Part shown: positions 10,561 to 20,900 of the stretch, in pieces
Layout: each line of letters begins with the position of its first letter
Numbering within the stretch: position 1 is the stretch's first letter
From: a virus
Strand: one strand, 5' to 3'
Length of the DNA stretch: 64,000 bases
IMG/VR virus record: IMGVR_UViG_3300023174_000101
Location: 34,361 to 98,360 of that record
The notes under the pieces: generated by a model
Seen by the model: only the letters and a program-made list of their open reading frames with translations
Databases searched by the model: none
Told to the model about the DNA's origin: nothing
Position numbers and translations under genes: made by a program

Positions 10561-10842
10561 CTAAATACTGGCTACGCTCTTGGCAGCATTGCGAAGGTAC
10601 TCGTTGCCAGCAAGTTCAATGGCGTCGTCATGCGCCTGACGCTCTGCCGTCTTGACGGCCTCAAGTGCGGCGAGCATCTTCTTCTTATTCTCCTTGATAA
10701 CCTCGTTGGTTGAGGCCACATACTCCTTCTTCTGGTCATCCAGGTCTACGTTCTGCTTCACAATGTCCACGATGACCTTGCGGAGCTGCTCCTGGGTTAG
10801 CTTTCCGAATCCATACGGGTCTTGGTTTGCAGGGTTATTCAT
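10561..10842 (-). CDS. small coiled-coil protein
   Basis: GGAG RBS; helical sequence. Confidence 0.65.
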   Translation of the reverse strand: MNNPANQDPYGFGKLTQEQLRKVIVDIVKQNVDLDDQKKEYVASTNEVIKENKKKMLAALEAVKTAERQAHDDAIELAGNEYLRNAAKSVASI

Positions 10843-10850
10843 ATTGTCTC

Positions 10851-12320
10851 CTATCCTAATACTAAGTGTCCGTCGTTGTCGTACTGGCTTTTACGTGAAT
10901 CGAAGTGCTTAGATAAAAATTGGGTGTTGGTGTGAAAATCGATCAATAGTCCGTACTCCTTGGTCGCATTTGGGGATTTATCTGCACGCTCTACCCGTCC
11001 TTTGAGCTGCCGGATATCCTGCAAGTCTGATGCCAACATGATTGCATTTAGGGATGGTATATCCAGCCCAGTGCCACCTACATCGCTCACCAGTACTAGT
11101 AGATCCTTCCTCCGCATCGCATCGTAGATTTCTCTTCGTCGGAGGCGAGGAGTCTTACCATTAACCAGCATTGAACCTGGAATGCGCTGCTGAATGGATT
11201 CACCGAATTCAATAGAGTGAGCAGCGTGAATGAACACAGAATTACCTGTTGATGCCATTTTAGATGCGTAAGCAGCAACTTCCTCATGATACTGGTCATT
11301 CTTGAGGATTTCATTCTCTAAGCACTCTCTGTAATTGGCCGTATAATCGGGCTCAGTCTTGCCACCCTTGAAGCGGTTCTTCTTGAAGTGGATGTTATAA
11401 TCCTTCTTAACCGGCGCGCGATTCTGGACCTGGACGTAAATGGGCACTTTAAGGCCAAGCTCTACGAAGTTATTCTTCCGCGTGTCGAATACGACCGTAC
11501 CAAAGTGCTGCTCAAGCTCCAGGTTCTCACGCTTCTCACGGTCCCCATCCCATCCGTACGGGGTGGCAGAGAAGCCTATGAACCTATCCGCGTTAGGGAA
11601 TAGGTCCATAATGTTGAGGATGGAAGCCGTGTCGCTCAGGTGGACTTCATCCGAGATTACGGCACCCACCTTGTTTGTGAATGCAATCAGGTCCTTGCGC
11701 TTGTCTGCAGCCGCAATTGACTTTGCTTTCTTGATTGTGTTGAGTGACTGGACGGTTGATACGGTGATGTTTTGTATGTCGAATTCCCCGTCCCCTATTA
11801 TCCCGATGGGTTGATTATATGCGCGTTGTAAAGACTGCTGCATCTGGTCAAGCAGTACCACGTCCGTAACGAGAACGATGGTGTACCGCTTGAGATTATT
11901 CAGCAACATCGCAATCTGCACGCTCTTACCGGTGCCCGTGGGGGACACAATAATCCCACTGGACGTCTCAGTTGCGGCCTCCACCGCCTTGCTCTGGAAC
12001 TCGTACGGGCGGAAGATGTCCTTATGTATGTAGTGGTCCACACGGGGTGGCTCGCGCCCTGTGTATTTGGTGGTTACGTTATGACCAGCGTCTTTAAGAG
12101 CAGCGACCACACGGCTCAGAAGGCCACGCCTGAACGTGTTGTCCTTTATGTTGAATAGGTAATTATATCCATCCCACGTGCCGCTCTTGAAGCTGTACAC
12201 ATGCCTGTATCCATCCGGCCTATAGCGCAGGATGGAACACAGATACCTAAGTATGTCGTCAGGAAGGACAGAGGGCTCAATACGTGCAACTAGATTGTCG
12301 TACTCTATGCTTAGGTTCAT
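10851..12320 (-). CDS. SF2 DNA helicase (UvsW/XPB-like)
   Basis: SPTGTGKS, DEVH, SAT, GTGLDIP, QLKGRVER; start MNLSIE overlaps the upstream stop (ATGA). Confidence 0.9.
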   Translation of the reverse strand: MNLSIEYDNLVARIEPSVLPDDILRYLCSILRYRPDGYRHVYSFKSGTWDGYNYLFNIKDNTFRRGLLSRVVAALKDAGHNVTTKYTGREPPRVDHYIHKDIFRPYEFQSKAVEAATETSSGIIVSPTGTGKSVQIAMLLNNLKRYTIVLVTDVVLLDQMQQSLQRAYNQPIGIIGDGEFDIQNITVSTVQSLNTIKKAKSIAAADKRKDLIAFTNKVGAVISDEVHLSDTASILNIMDLFPNADRFIGFSATPYGWDGDREKRENLELEQHFGTVVFDTRKNNFVELGLKVPIYVQVQNRAPVKKDYNIHFKKNRFKGGKTEPDYTANYRECLENEILKNDQYHEEVAAYASKMASTGNSVFIHAAHSIEFGESIQQRIPGSMLVNGKTPRLRRREIYDAMRRKDLLVLVSDVGGTGLDIPSLNAIMLASDLQDIRQLKGRVERADKSPNATKEYGLLIDFHTNTQFLSKHFDSRKSQYDNDGHLVLG

Positions 12321-12766
12321 GTGCCGTAGCGGTACATCTTGTCCAAGCTGTTCGCGCCAGTGATTAGGCGGCTTGCCGACTCGCGCTGAGACTCTAGGGT
12401 CTGAATTGCACGATACAGGCAGTCCATATGCGAATTCAGCACCGCAAGTGCGTCCTCCGCTGCCTCCTTGGTATCCGGGTTCTTCTTCGCCTTTGTCCAC
12501 CCAGGCTTGGCCCCGGCGCACTGAACATACAGCTCCGTGGCAAAGGAGATGCGGTTGGCGATTGCGGGCAGAATAGGCAGGATTTCGCCCTGCAGATTGA
12601 GCGTGTGGTTCGGCCCTGGGATTGGGAGACGCAGATTGAGCAGGCGTGTGGCTACCCACTTTGCCAGGTCTGCGGGGTCAGTCGCGAGGATGTTGGTGAT
12701 GTTTACGTCGGGTATGCTTGCACCGTAGCTTGGCTGGTGAATACCACTTACTGTATCAATGTCCAT
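12317..12766 (-). CDS. hypothetical protein (possible recombination mediator)
   Basis: Lies between RuvC and the helicase; helical C-terminus; function inferred from position only. Confidence 0.5.
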   Translation of the reverse strand: MDIDTVSGIHQPSYGASIPDVNITNILATDPADLAKWVATRLLNLRLPIPGPNHTLNLQGEILPILPAIANRISFATELYVQCAGAKPGWTKAKKNPDTKEAAEDALAVLNSHMDCLYRAIQTLESQRESASRLITGANSLDKMYRYGT

Positions 12767-13361
12767 CGCAGATTGCCACTCCTCTGGTGTATGCGAGCGC
12801 CATGCAGATTGCGTCTGCGATGTCGTCGTCTTTGGGTCTGAGTTCAAGGTTGAATTCTGCATTTGCCACCCTTATCGCTACGTGTTTCTTCGTGATTTTG
12901 CCGCGAATCCCAAGTTCCTTCTTGTCCAACGCTACGCCATTCTTCTTGGCCTTAGTCTTCGCCTTCGACAACAGGGTGTTCTGCTTCTTCTCGTCCACAT
13001 TCAGTTGTGCACCTACCATCCTGCGCCAGTCGGATGTATTTACATACTTCACACGGTCCATGTACTTATCCTGCGCCAGTAAGGTTAGGATAGACAGATG
13101 CATGAACTCCAGGGCCTTCTGTGTGTATCTATTCTTGCCCTTGTTCGTCTCCTCAATTACAACTACATCCGGGTCTGTCGCCAGTACCTTTTTATACATG
13201 GCCTGTGCCATGTATTCCGCCATCTTGGTGTAGCTGTACGGATACGTGCCGTATTCGTCTATCTTCTTCTTGGATTTAATCGTACCGGCACAAACGAGTA
13301 CGCCGTCACGAAGGACGGCGTACCCTGCGCTAGTAGAGATATCAAGCGCTAGAACGACCAC
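12756..13361 (-). CDS. RuvC-like Holliday junction resolvase
   Basis: LALDISTSAGYAV, VVIEE, DDDIADAIC catalytic pattern. Confidence 0.85.
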   Translation of the reverse strand: MVVLALDISTSAGYAVLRDGVLVCAGTIKSKKKIDEYGTYPYSYTKMAEYMAQAMYKKVLATDPDVVVIEETNKGKNRYTQKALEFMHLSILTLLAQDKYMDRVKYVNTSDWRRMVGAQLNVDEKKQNTLLSKAKTKAKKNGVALDKKELGIRGKITKKHVAIRVANAEFNLELRPKDDDIADAICMALAYTRGVAICDGH

Positions 13362-13955
13362 TTACGGCCACCGGTTGTCCGAATGCTGCATCATCCAGGT
13401 GCCGCCACGAGTCTCCCCGTGAGGCACAGGCTTGTTGCACACATCCTTAAACACTGGCTGGTCGGTCTGCCACGTAGAATCTACGCCCACATAGATGGAA
13501 TTATCTGCGGGGTCTTGAACTACGCAGTACAGCTTGGAAACGGAAACATGGCGATAGCCCTCGTGTCCGTCCACGGTGGTACGCCAACTCCAGGTGCCAC
13601 GCTGGGACTCGTGCAGGTATGGGCGTGAGCTTACTTTTACGTAAACTACGTCCTTAATATTGCCCTTGTACGCAGCGCCCTGCTCGATTACGTTCCACTT
13701 AGCCGGGGCCTCTACCCTCTGCTCTGGCTCCTCGTCGGTGGAACGCACACGGCGCTCGGCTTCTCGCACCATGTCATTCGCCAAATCAAGTAGTCGCTTC
13801 CCTGCCTTGATGTATTCCGCCTTCTGCTCCTCGTTTAGCCTCTGCTTGCCCTTCACCATCACGAGGGTGTCCATCATGTCCGTGGTCGCGTAATTCATCA
13901 CGGCACGGACCTTCTGCTCAAGTACGAACTTCGCCTGCTCTTTGCCGCTATCCAT
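13362..13955 (-). CDS. hypothetical protein
   Basis: AAGGAG RBS; preceded by a mini-tRNA element. Confidence 0.65.
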   Translation of the reverse strand: MDSGKEQAKFVLEQKVRAVMNYATTDMMDTLVMVKGKQRLNEEQKAEYIKAGKRLLDLANDMVREAERRVRSTDEEPEQRVEAPAKWNVIEQGAAYKGNIKDVVYVKVSSRPYLHESQRGTWSWRTTVDGHEGYRHVSVSKLYCVVQDPADNSIYVGVDSTWQTDQPVFKDVCNKPVPHGETRGGTWMMQHSDNRWP

Positions 13956-13999
13956 TTGTGCTACTCCTTTGTGGTTAGTGTACTACTTGGGTACTGCAT

Positions 14000-14054
14000 T
14001 GGCGCCTAGGGAGTCGAACCCTAGCTAACGGTACAAATACAGCCCGCCACGCCC
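14000..14054 (-). ncRNA. mini tRNA-like element (acceptor stem + T-arm)
   Basis: GGCGT...CTAGGG-TTCGACT-CCCTAG-GCGCC-A. Confidence 0.6.
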
Positions 14055-14061
14055 ACCTACT

Positions 14062-15186
14062 TTACTGCTGAGCCTTGCCCTTCAATACTTCGTCACGAAT
14101 CTTCTGTAGGATTGCCTTGTCTGCAGCACGCAGGGCTGCAATGAAGGCATCCTCACCGTTCGCCTTGATGGTGTCGTACGTATACCAGGATGAAGACTTG
14201 CCAATGACGCCAAGCGCCAGGGCGGTCTGCACTACGTCCTTATACACGTCTACGCCAGCATAGTAGACCTGGCCAGAGTCGTCCGTCACGTTCTCGAAGT
14301 AGATATCGTACTGGATTGGCGTTACAGGGATGGCTGCAGTCTTATTCTTGTGCAGCTTCGCCTCTACCGTTACGCCGATACGACGCTCTTCGAACTGGCC
14401 GGTGATGCTGGGCACCTTCTTGATAATGTCGCCCCGCTTCTTAACCTCTATGGAGTAAGTCTCATAGAACTTAAGTGCATTACCGCCAGTGTGTTCCTCG
14501 GGGCTGCCGAACATAACCATGGGCTTTGCACGCTTCTGGTTAATCATCCACACAACCGACCGCTTGAACCCGTTGAGTAGTGCGGTAAGCTGTTGCAGAC
14601 CCTCGGACATCATCACCGATGAAGTCGCCTTCTGTCCCTGGCCAATCGTAGCTGTCATACGAGAGGAGGGGATAAGCGCGGGGATTGAGTCCACGATGAT
14701 GAATTCGATACCGTTCTGTACGAGAATCTTCATGATATCGAAGTAGTCCTCGCCAGACAGAATCTTCTCCGGTGAACTCTGGAACAGGAGGAGCTTGTCC
14801 GTGTCGATGCCTACGGACTTGGCCATTGCGGGTGAATACGTACCCTCTGCGTCGAGGAACGCCACCCGACCCTCTCCATCCGTGTTGCCCACGCATGGGG
14901 TGAACTTTGAGCGCTGGATGTTCGCGGCCACCGTCAGTGCGGTGAGTGTCTTACCAGTGCCCTCCCATCCCCATGCGTTTACTACGCGACCACCAAGGAG
15001 ACCACCCACACCCAAGTACCTATCCATGGACAGAATCCCGGATGGATACAGGTATGTAATGTCCTGTGTCTCTGAAAGGGACGAAGCCACGGAGGCTACA
15101 TCTGCTTTCAGATGCTTGTTAATCGCCGTAGCAAGGGCAACTAAGTCCTTGCCTTTTGGCGTATCCTTAAAACGATCGTCAGCCAT
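14062..15186 (-). CDS. recA: RecA/UvsX-like recombinase
   Basis: GWEGTGKT, FLDAE, IIVDSIPAL, INQKR, TGGNALKFY, KNK. Confidence 0.95.
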   Translation of the reverse strand: MADDRFKDTPKGKDLVALATAINKHLKADVASVASSLSETQDITYLYPSGILSMDRYLGVGGLLGGRVVNAWGWEGTGKTLTALTVAANIQRSKFTPCVGNTDGEGRVAFLDAEGTYSPAMAKSVGIDTDKLLLFQSSPEKILSGEDYFDIMKILVQNGIEFIIVDSIPALIPSSRMTATIGQGQKATSSVMMSEGLQQLTALLNGFKRSVVWMINQKRAKPMVMFGSPEEHTGGNALKFYETYSIEVKKRGDIIKKVPSITGQFEERRIGVTVEAKLHKNKTAAIPVTPIQYDIYFENVTDDSGQVYYAGVDVYKDVVQTALALGVIGKSSSWYTYDTIKANGEDAFIAALRAADKAILQKIRDEVLKGKAQQ

Positions 15187-15189
15187 GGG

Positions 15190-16293
15190 TTAGCCCCGTG
15201 CGCCGCGCATTTCACCGAGCTTAGACTCAAGAGCCATGCGGAGGGTCTCAAGCTGATGCTCGGACAGCTTGTAGTACTCCGCGTGACCTACCTCCTTCTT
15301 GAGGATAGGGAGCAGAGTCTGAATCATTCCCATGCCCTGGAACTCGGGCTGAGAGTTCAGCCATGAGCTGAACGCATCGACCACGTTCTTGGACGCCTGG
15401 TCGCCATTTACGGCCTTAACCTCAACGTTCGGGGTGGCCGCGTTGACGATCGGCAGCTTAGGAGCAGCCACCGGGGTGGGGGCAGCTGCAGCTACCGGTG
15501 CAGTCATGGGGGCTCCAGCCACCGCGTTAGCGATGACGTTGGCGATGCCAGCTGCGCCGTTCATAAAGACTGCAGGATTGTTGGATTGTCGCAGCTGGAA
15601 CTGGGCCTGTCCAGCAGGGAGCCCGTACTGTGCCTGTGTGTTGCCCTCTGGCAGTGCGGTGGAGCCATCGCCGCCACGGATTGCAGCCACGAGCTTGGGC
15701 GTGTCCGTGGGCGCACGGTCCCGCATTGCGACCGTCAGCACGGACTTTGCCTGGTCCTCAAGCTCTGGCGTCACGTCGAACGCAGAGGCATCGAGGCGCA
15801 GGGAGTTATAGCGCGTCATCTTGCGCTCGCCAGTCTTCCACACACGCCAGTCACAGCGGCGGAGGTCCTGCCCGCGAGTGTCCTGTGTGTCGAACCACTT
15901 GTCCATTTCCTGGAAGATCTGGTTACCGCCCTTGAGCACCTCCACCTGCGTGGTGCTGTGGTTGTACACAGGCAGCATGTGGATGGGGGTCTTGGGGAAG
16001 TCAACCCGCTTGCCCTGCCGGTTCGTCTGCTCCTCGCCTGAGAGCATTGACCAGAGGGGGTCGGGAGTGCTGCACAGATAGCAACCTGCGCCGGAACGGT
16101 TAGTCGCAGTGCAGGTCTCGTAAGCGAACTTACGCACCGTCTGCGGCTGGCCGTTAGGCCCAGCAGTCTTTACCTCCTGAATCTTGTGGACCCAGACGGT
16201 CTGCGGCTTTGCGGACAGGGGGCGAAGGGTAACAGGCTCGCCCTTGACTTCAACATAAACGGACTGCTTCGTAGAATCAGCTAGAAAACCCAT
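15190..16293 (-). CDS. probable ssDNA-binding protein (gp32-like)
   Basis: H...C...CYLC zinc motif, OB-like N-terminus, low-complexity linker, adjacent to recA. Confidence 0.55.
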   Translation of the reverse strand: MGFLADSTKQSVYVEVKGEPVTLRPLSAKPQTVWVHKIQEVKTAGPNGQPQTVRKFAYETCTATNRSGAGCYLCSTPDPLWSMLSGEEQTNRQGKRVDFPKTPIHMLPVYNHSTTQVEVLKGGNQIFQEMDKWFDTQDTRGQDLRRCDWRVWKTGERKMTRYNSLRLDASAFDVTPELEDQAKSVLTVAMRDRAPTDTPKLVAAIRGGDGSTALPEGNTQAQYGLPAGQAQFQLRQSNNPAVFMNGAAGIANVIANAVAGAPMTAPVAAAAPTPVAAPKLPIVNAATPNVEVKAVNGDQASKNVVDAFSSWLNSQPEFQGMGMIQTLLPILKKEVGHAEYYKLSEHQLETLRMALESKLGEMRGARG

Positions 16294-16309
16294 GGTAGTG
16301 TATATCCTT

Positions 16310-16459
16310 TTACTTAGAGAAATGAATTGTGAGAATGTCGCCGTCTTTAACTTCGATTGATTTGTCCAGCTCTAGGTTAAACTTTGTACCGTCCATACAG
16401 ACGATCAAAGCCTTTCCTTTAGCTGCTTTAATGACTTGTACTTTATCGCCGTTTTTCAT
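16310..16459 (-). CDS. 49-aa small protein (not in the ORF track)
   Basis: MKNGDKVQVIK...IHFSK; its ATG overlaps the purZ TAA. Confidence 0.5.
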   Translation of the reverse strand: MKNGDKVQVIKAAKGKALIVCMDGTKFNLELDKSIEVKDGDILTIHFSK

Positions 16460-17637
16460 TAATTGACTGTATCACTGTGATTATCTGGATTATAGTATCT
16501 GCCTTCTGAATCAAATGGTAGCGCCATTTGGCCCCCAGCCGCACGAATGGTTTCACCGTTACGAGTAACGATTTCACCGTTCTTTGCGCCCGTTCCGACT
16601 AGCGTTACCGGTACACCTCCCACTTCTTCTACCCTACGAATGAAGTTCTTGCTCTTCTCTGTCAGCGTGGAAAAATCACCCTTCTTGCAATTGTCGTGCC
16701 AGTCGATATACTGGATGAAATTCACTGCAATTTGTGTAGGACCACACACGTTCACGAAGTTACGGAATAGAGCATCCGACCACGTAAACACACGACGCAC
16801 TCGCTTAGTCACAGTAGTCCTCTCGTACAACTCCATTGGACCACCACACTCTGACATTACGTCTGCCCAGGTGACCTCCTTGGCGTCAAAGGGCACTGGA
16901 CCTGACCACCCTACAGTACCGTCTTCGGCTACGAAGTTACCCACCCGGATGGGCCAGGTGCGTACGATACCGATTACCTCGCCCACCGCCTTGGGAGGCA
17001 CACCCATACCGCCTAAGAAGGAACTGGTGTTGGTACCGCCAGACGTGCAGTATGGGAAGTCGATGCCGTGGGAGATATCCAGGCCGAACCCCTGGTGGCC
17101 CTCATGCAGGAAGGTCTCGCCTGCAATAAGTCTGCTGTGAATTAGGTGGGTGGTGTTGCAGGTGAATGGCTTGAGCCACTCAATGTCCTTGGAGAGGCGT
17201 ACACCCTCCTCGCGACGAATACGACGGGCCTTAGCAGCGCCCACACCCTGCATTGTACCACCGATGCGGCCTAGGTGCTGCTTCTCCCACAGGACGTCCT
17301 CTTCCTCTACAACCACTGCACGGTCGGATACGAACAGACGCTCTGGGGTGAGCTTAAACTGCTCAATCTCCTTCTTGAGGATGTCGAGCGAGAGCGTGGA
17401 CTCTGGCCCGATGATGAGCTTGGTTGATGGATTTAGGACACCGGTCGGAATCTGCTTGACGAGAATCTCCGTGCCGTCGTCTAGTACAGTAACGTGGCCC
17501 GCGTTCGCACTGAACGAACAGGTGGCCCACTCAGGCTTGTCCTCTAGTACGATGTACGCAAGCATCTTGCCCTTGCCGCAGGAGCCCACGCCAGCATCTA
17601 AACCAATATTGAACTTGCCCTTCTGTAAGTATCGCAC
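16459..17637 (-). CDS. purZ: PurZ-type N6-succino-2-amino-dAMP synthetase (PurA paralogue)
   Basis: GSCGKG (Ser where PurA has Asp in GDEGKG), NAGH, EGHQG, PYCTS, RTWPIRV, TTVTKRVRR, and VNF instead of the PurA TKLD motif. Confidence 0.82.
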   Translation of the reverse strand: MRYLQKGKFNIGLDAGVGSCGKGKMLAYIVLEDKPEWATCSFSANAGHVTVLDDGTEILVKQIPTGVLNPSTKLIIGPESTLSLDILKKEIEQFKLTPERLFVSDRAVVVEEEDVLWEKQHLGRIGGTMQGVGAAKARRIRREEGVRLSKDIEWLKPFTCNTTHLIHSRLIAGETFLHEGHQGFGLDISHGIDFPYCTSGGTNTSSFLGGMGVPPKAVGEVIGIVRTWPIRVGNFVAEDGTVGWSGPVPFDAKEVTWADVMSECGGPMELYERTTVTKRVRRVFTWSDALFRNFVNVCGPTQIAVNFIQYIDWHDNCKKGDFSTLTEKSKNFIRRVEEVGGVPVTLVGTGAKNGEIVTRNGETIRAAGGQMALPFDSEGRYYNPDNHSDTVN

Positions 17638-17658
17638 TTGTATTGCCTTTCGGTTAGA

Positions 17659-17943
17659 CTACTTTATAAAGGACGACATGGCGTTCTGCAGTATCTCTAC
17701 CATGTCGTCATTCTTTGGTGGATTTACTATTCTGCCTACTACTTTGCTGCCAGACAGTATTAGGAAAGTCGGCACAGGCAATACTCTGTGCTTAGCCACG
17801 ACAGCCAGATCGTCCAGGTCTTGAGTATAAAAGTCAATCATTCTGCCGTCTGGTACTAGCTTTAGCAGATCTTCGAACTCTTTGTTGCGTGGACAATCTG
17901 GTGTCGTTATGCAGACAACTTCAATCGTGCTTTTTCTTGCCAT
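17659..17943 (-). CDS. thioredoxin-fold protein
   Basis: TPDCPRN in the CxxC position; VPTFLIL cis-Pro motif; directly downstream of RNR. Confidence 0.6.
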   Translation of the reverse strand: MARKSTIEVVCITTPDCPRNKEFEDLLKLVPDGRMIDFYTQDLDDLAVVAKHRVLPVPTFLILSGSKVVGRIVNPPKNDDMVEILQNAMSSFIK

Positions 17944-20900
17944 TAAGATATGTGGCAGACGCTAAACCCACATGACTTGCAGGACTCACAGCCGCCACCC
18001 ATTTCTAGAGTGTTTTGATTGCACTCTGGGCATAGCTGTCCTCCTGCATCAGAATAATTAGCCACGATATTCTCTTCCACAGGCGCAACCTCTGCAGCGG
18101 CGGGCACTTCATTGGTCTGCGGCTGTGTGTCGGCTTTCTTCTGGGTGGATAGAGCCTGGTGGGACCTGCACCCGTCACGATACACAGTGATTCCCTTACA
18201 ACCGTTCTGCCAGGCAAGTATGTATGCGTGGCGCACGTCGTCCTCGGTCGCGGAGTTCGGGAGGTTGATGGTCTTCGAGATTGAGTTATCGATGTGCTTC
18301 TGCCATACAGCCTGCATCAGGACGTGGTCCTTGTGCTGGACATCATTAGCCTGCGCAAATAAGAGCTGAATATCCTCAGGGACATCCAGGCAACCCATAA
18401 GGCTATTGTGAGCAAAATAATACTCATATACGCTGTTTCTCTTAGACTCAGAGAGACTGTTGAGCCAGCTTTCGAAGAGCGGATGAGACTCATACATAAT
18501 CATGCCAGCCTGCTCACGGCGTAGCAACAAGCCGAATACGGGCTCAATGCTTGTAGAGCAACCTGCAATCATCGCAGTCGTACCAGTAGGAGCGACTGTT
18601 GTACGGCAAGCGTTACGCATTGCGGACCATCCCTCCTTCTGTACCTCTGAGCCCTCAAAGGACCCGAATGAGCCACGCTCCTTGCCGAGCTTGAACGAGG
18701 CCAAGTCTGCATGCTTACGGTGGAATGATGCGATCTTCTCAGCAGCAACGCGTGCCTTCTCTGATGCATACGGAATGCCAAGCATGATTAGCATGTCAGC
18801 AAAGCCCATGACGCCAAGGCCAATCTTACGATTGGTGTCGCGGTGCATCTTCTCAATCTCTGCAGTTGCGTAATGATTGAGTTCGATCACGTTATCTAGG
18901 AAGCGCACACCCCAGTAAATGTCCTCCTCGTACTGCCTCCAGTCAAAGCGATCTTCCCAATTGGGGGACACAACATCGGTCTTCACGTACATGGCCAGGT
19001 TGTGATGACCAAGAGTACATGCCTCATTTGGGAGTAGCCACTGCTCGCCGCAGTTGGAGATAGTGATACCATTGGCGCACATACGGTGTGTGGGCTCAAT
19101 GGTGAGGCAGAATGTCTCCTCCTCACCGTCGAAGTCGATGGACACAATTTCGTCTAGGCGGCTAGTCTCACGGAGTTTGTGGTTTATTAGAATATTATTC
19201 AGCTTCTCAGTCTTGTAATCCTGGGTGAATCCGATTTCGCTAGCGAAATATCCGACTGCAGACCCAGTTATGCTAAGCTCATAACACCTGCCGTCAGAGC
19301 CATACTTCTGCACTGAACCATCAGGCAGTGTGTGCTTGAATAACTCCTCACGCGGCTCACGTGACCGGTCATACTTGGTGCAGTAGATACCGAACCTAGA
19401 CAGTAGCACCTGTGCGCCACTGATAAGAGCTTCACTCTTGGATGTTAGACGTACACCGTAGTTACCCTTATGAGAGTCGTAGACTACATGGCCGTCCGCA
19501 GAGAATAGACCACGTAGGAATCCTGCCGCCACATCCATGCTGGCATTGTTCACGCATGCGGGCACTTCCTTCTCACCCGCCTTGTGTGGGATGATACCTA
19601 GATCCTTCACAGCCCACGTCCAGATGCGTGACGATAGCAGCTGCGTGGTGTTGAACTGCTCACGCACGTGGGCTGTAGCTGGGACTCCAACGTGCTTTGC
19701 AATTAAGCCGTTAATATGCTCTACGTACGCAAAGTCAGGACCGCCAACTACAATGCCTGCCATCCTAGACTTGGACTCCATGTGGCTAAGGTAGCCGTCG
19801 CCAATGAGCCAACCGACTAACTCGCCAAAGCTGAAATTATCCTGATTGACAGGCTCTCTGTGCATCTTTGGCTGTAGCGTAACTACATCGCCAATGACTA
19901 AGTCACGGGTCTCCTTAACTCCAGCCTCAGTTGGCCACCTGTGATTGTCTGTGGCGCGGACTGAATACCCTCTACGAGTGGTAACCTTATATACCTTCTT
20001 TACCCCGGAGTCAATGTACTGGGTGATATCCTCAAGCTCGCCAGATGGGGATAGCGCCTTCTTTGCAGCATTCTTGCGAACGATATCCACAATTGGCTGT
20101 AGACCATTCTCCGTGGCGATTAAAGTCTCACCCGTCACGCATGGGTTAGTTGCACTTAGGTGGCCCACGTGTGGTGTCGGGTTTGCGCGGTTTGCGGCGT
20201 CGATAAACAGTAGTCCTGGGTCGCCCGTGCTCCAGGCACTCTTCACCAGATGGTTAAATAACTGACGGGCCTTAATGGTCTTTACGGTCTTGCCATCTGC
20301 GCGTGACTTTAGATTCCAATCTAAGTCATTCAGTACTGCATTCATGAACTTGTCAGTTGCGGCTACGGACACGTTGAACGATGCGCATGAACCGTCCTGG
20401 TGCTTGAACGTGATGAACTCCTCGATGTCTGGATGATCGTCCGGTAGAACGCCCATGTTTGCACCATTGCGGATGCCACCTTGGGTGATGAACTCGGACA
20501 TCATGTAGTTCATCAACTTAATGATTGGGATTGGACCCGCTGCGTTATGTCCGGTGGACTTGACGAGAGCGCCGCGTTCGCGGATGTTGCCGAAGTTAAA
20601 TCCAGTGCCGCCGCCTGACTTCTGAACTAATGCCTGATTCTTAAGGGCATCCATGATGCCCTCCATAGAGTCCTGAATCGGCAACACGTAGCAGGCTGCA
20701 AGCTGCCCACGGTCACGACCCGAATTTGCAAGCGTAGGAGTGTTGGGCATCCAACGCAGGGAGCGCATCATTTCATACGCTCGGTCATGCATCTCCTGTG
20801 ACTTCTCGTGCGTGCCGAATTTGAACTCAGCACGCGAGTTAAATATGGCCACACGCTCGAACAGCTCTTCTGGTGTTGACTCTATAAACGAGCCATCTGG

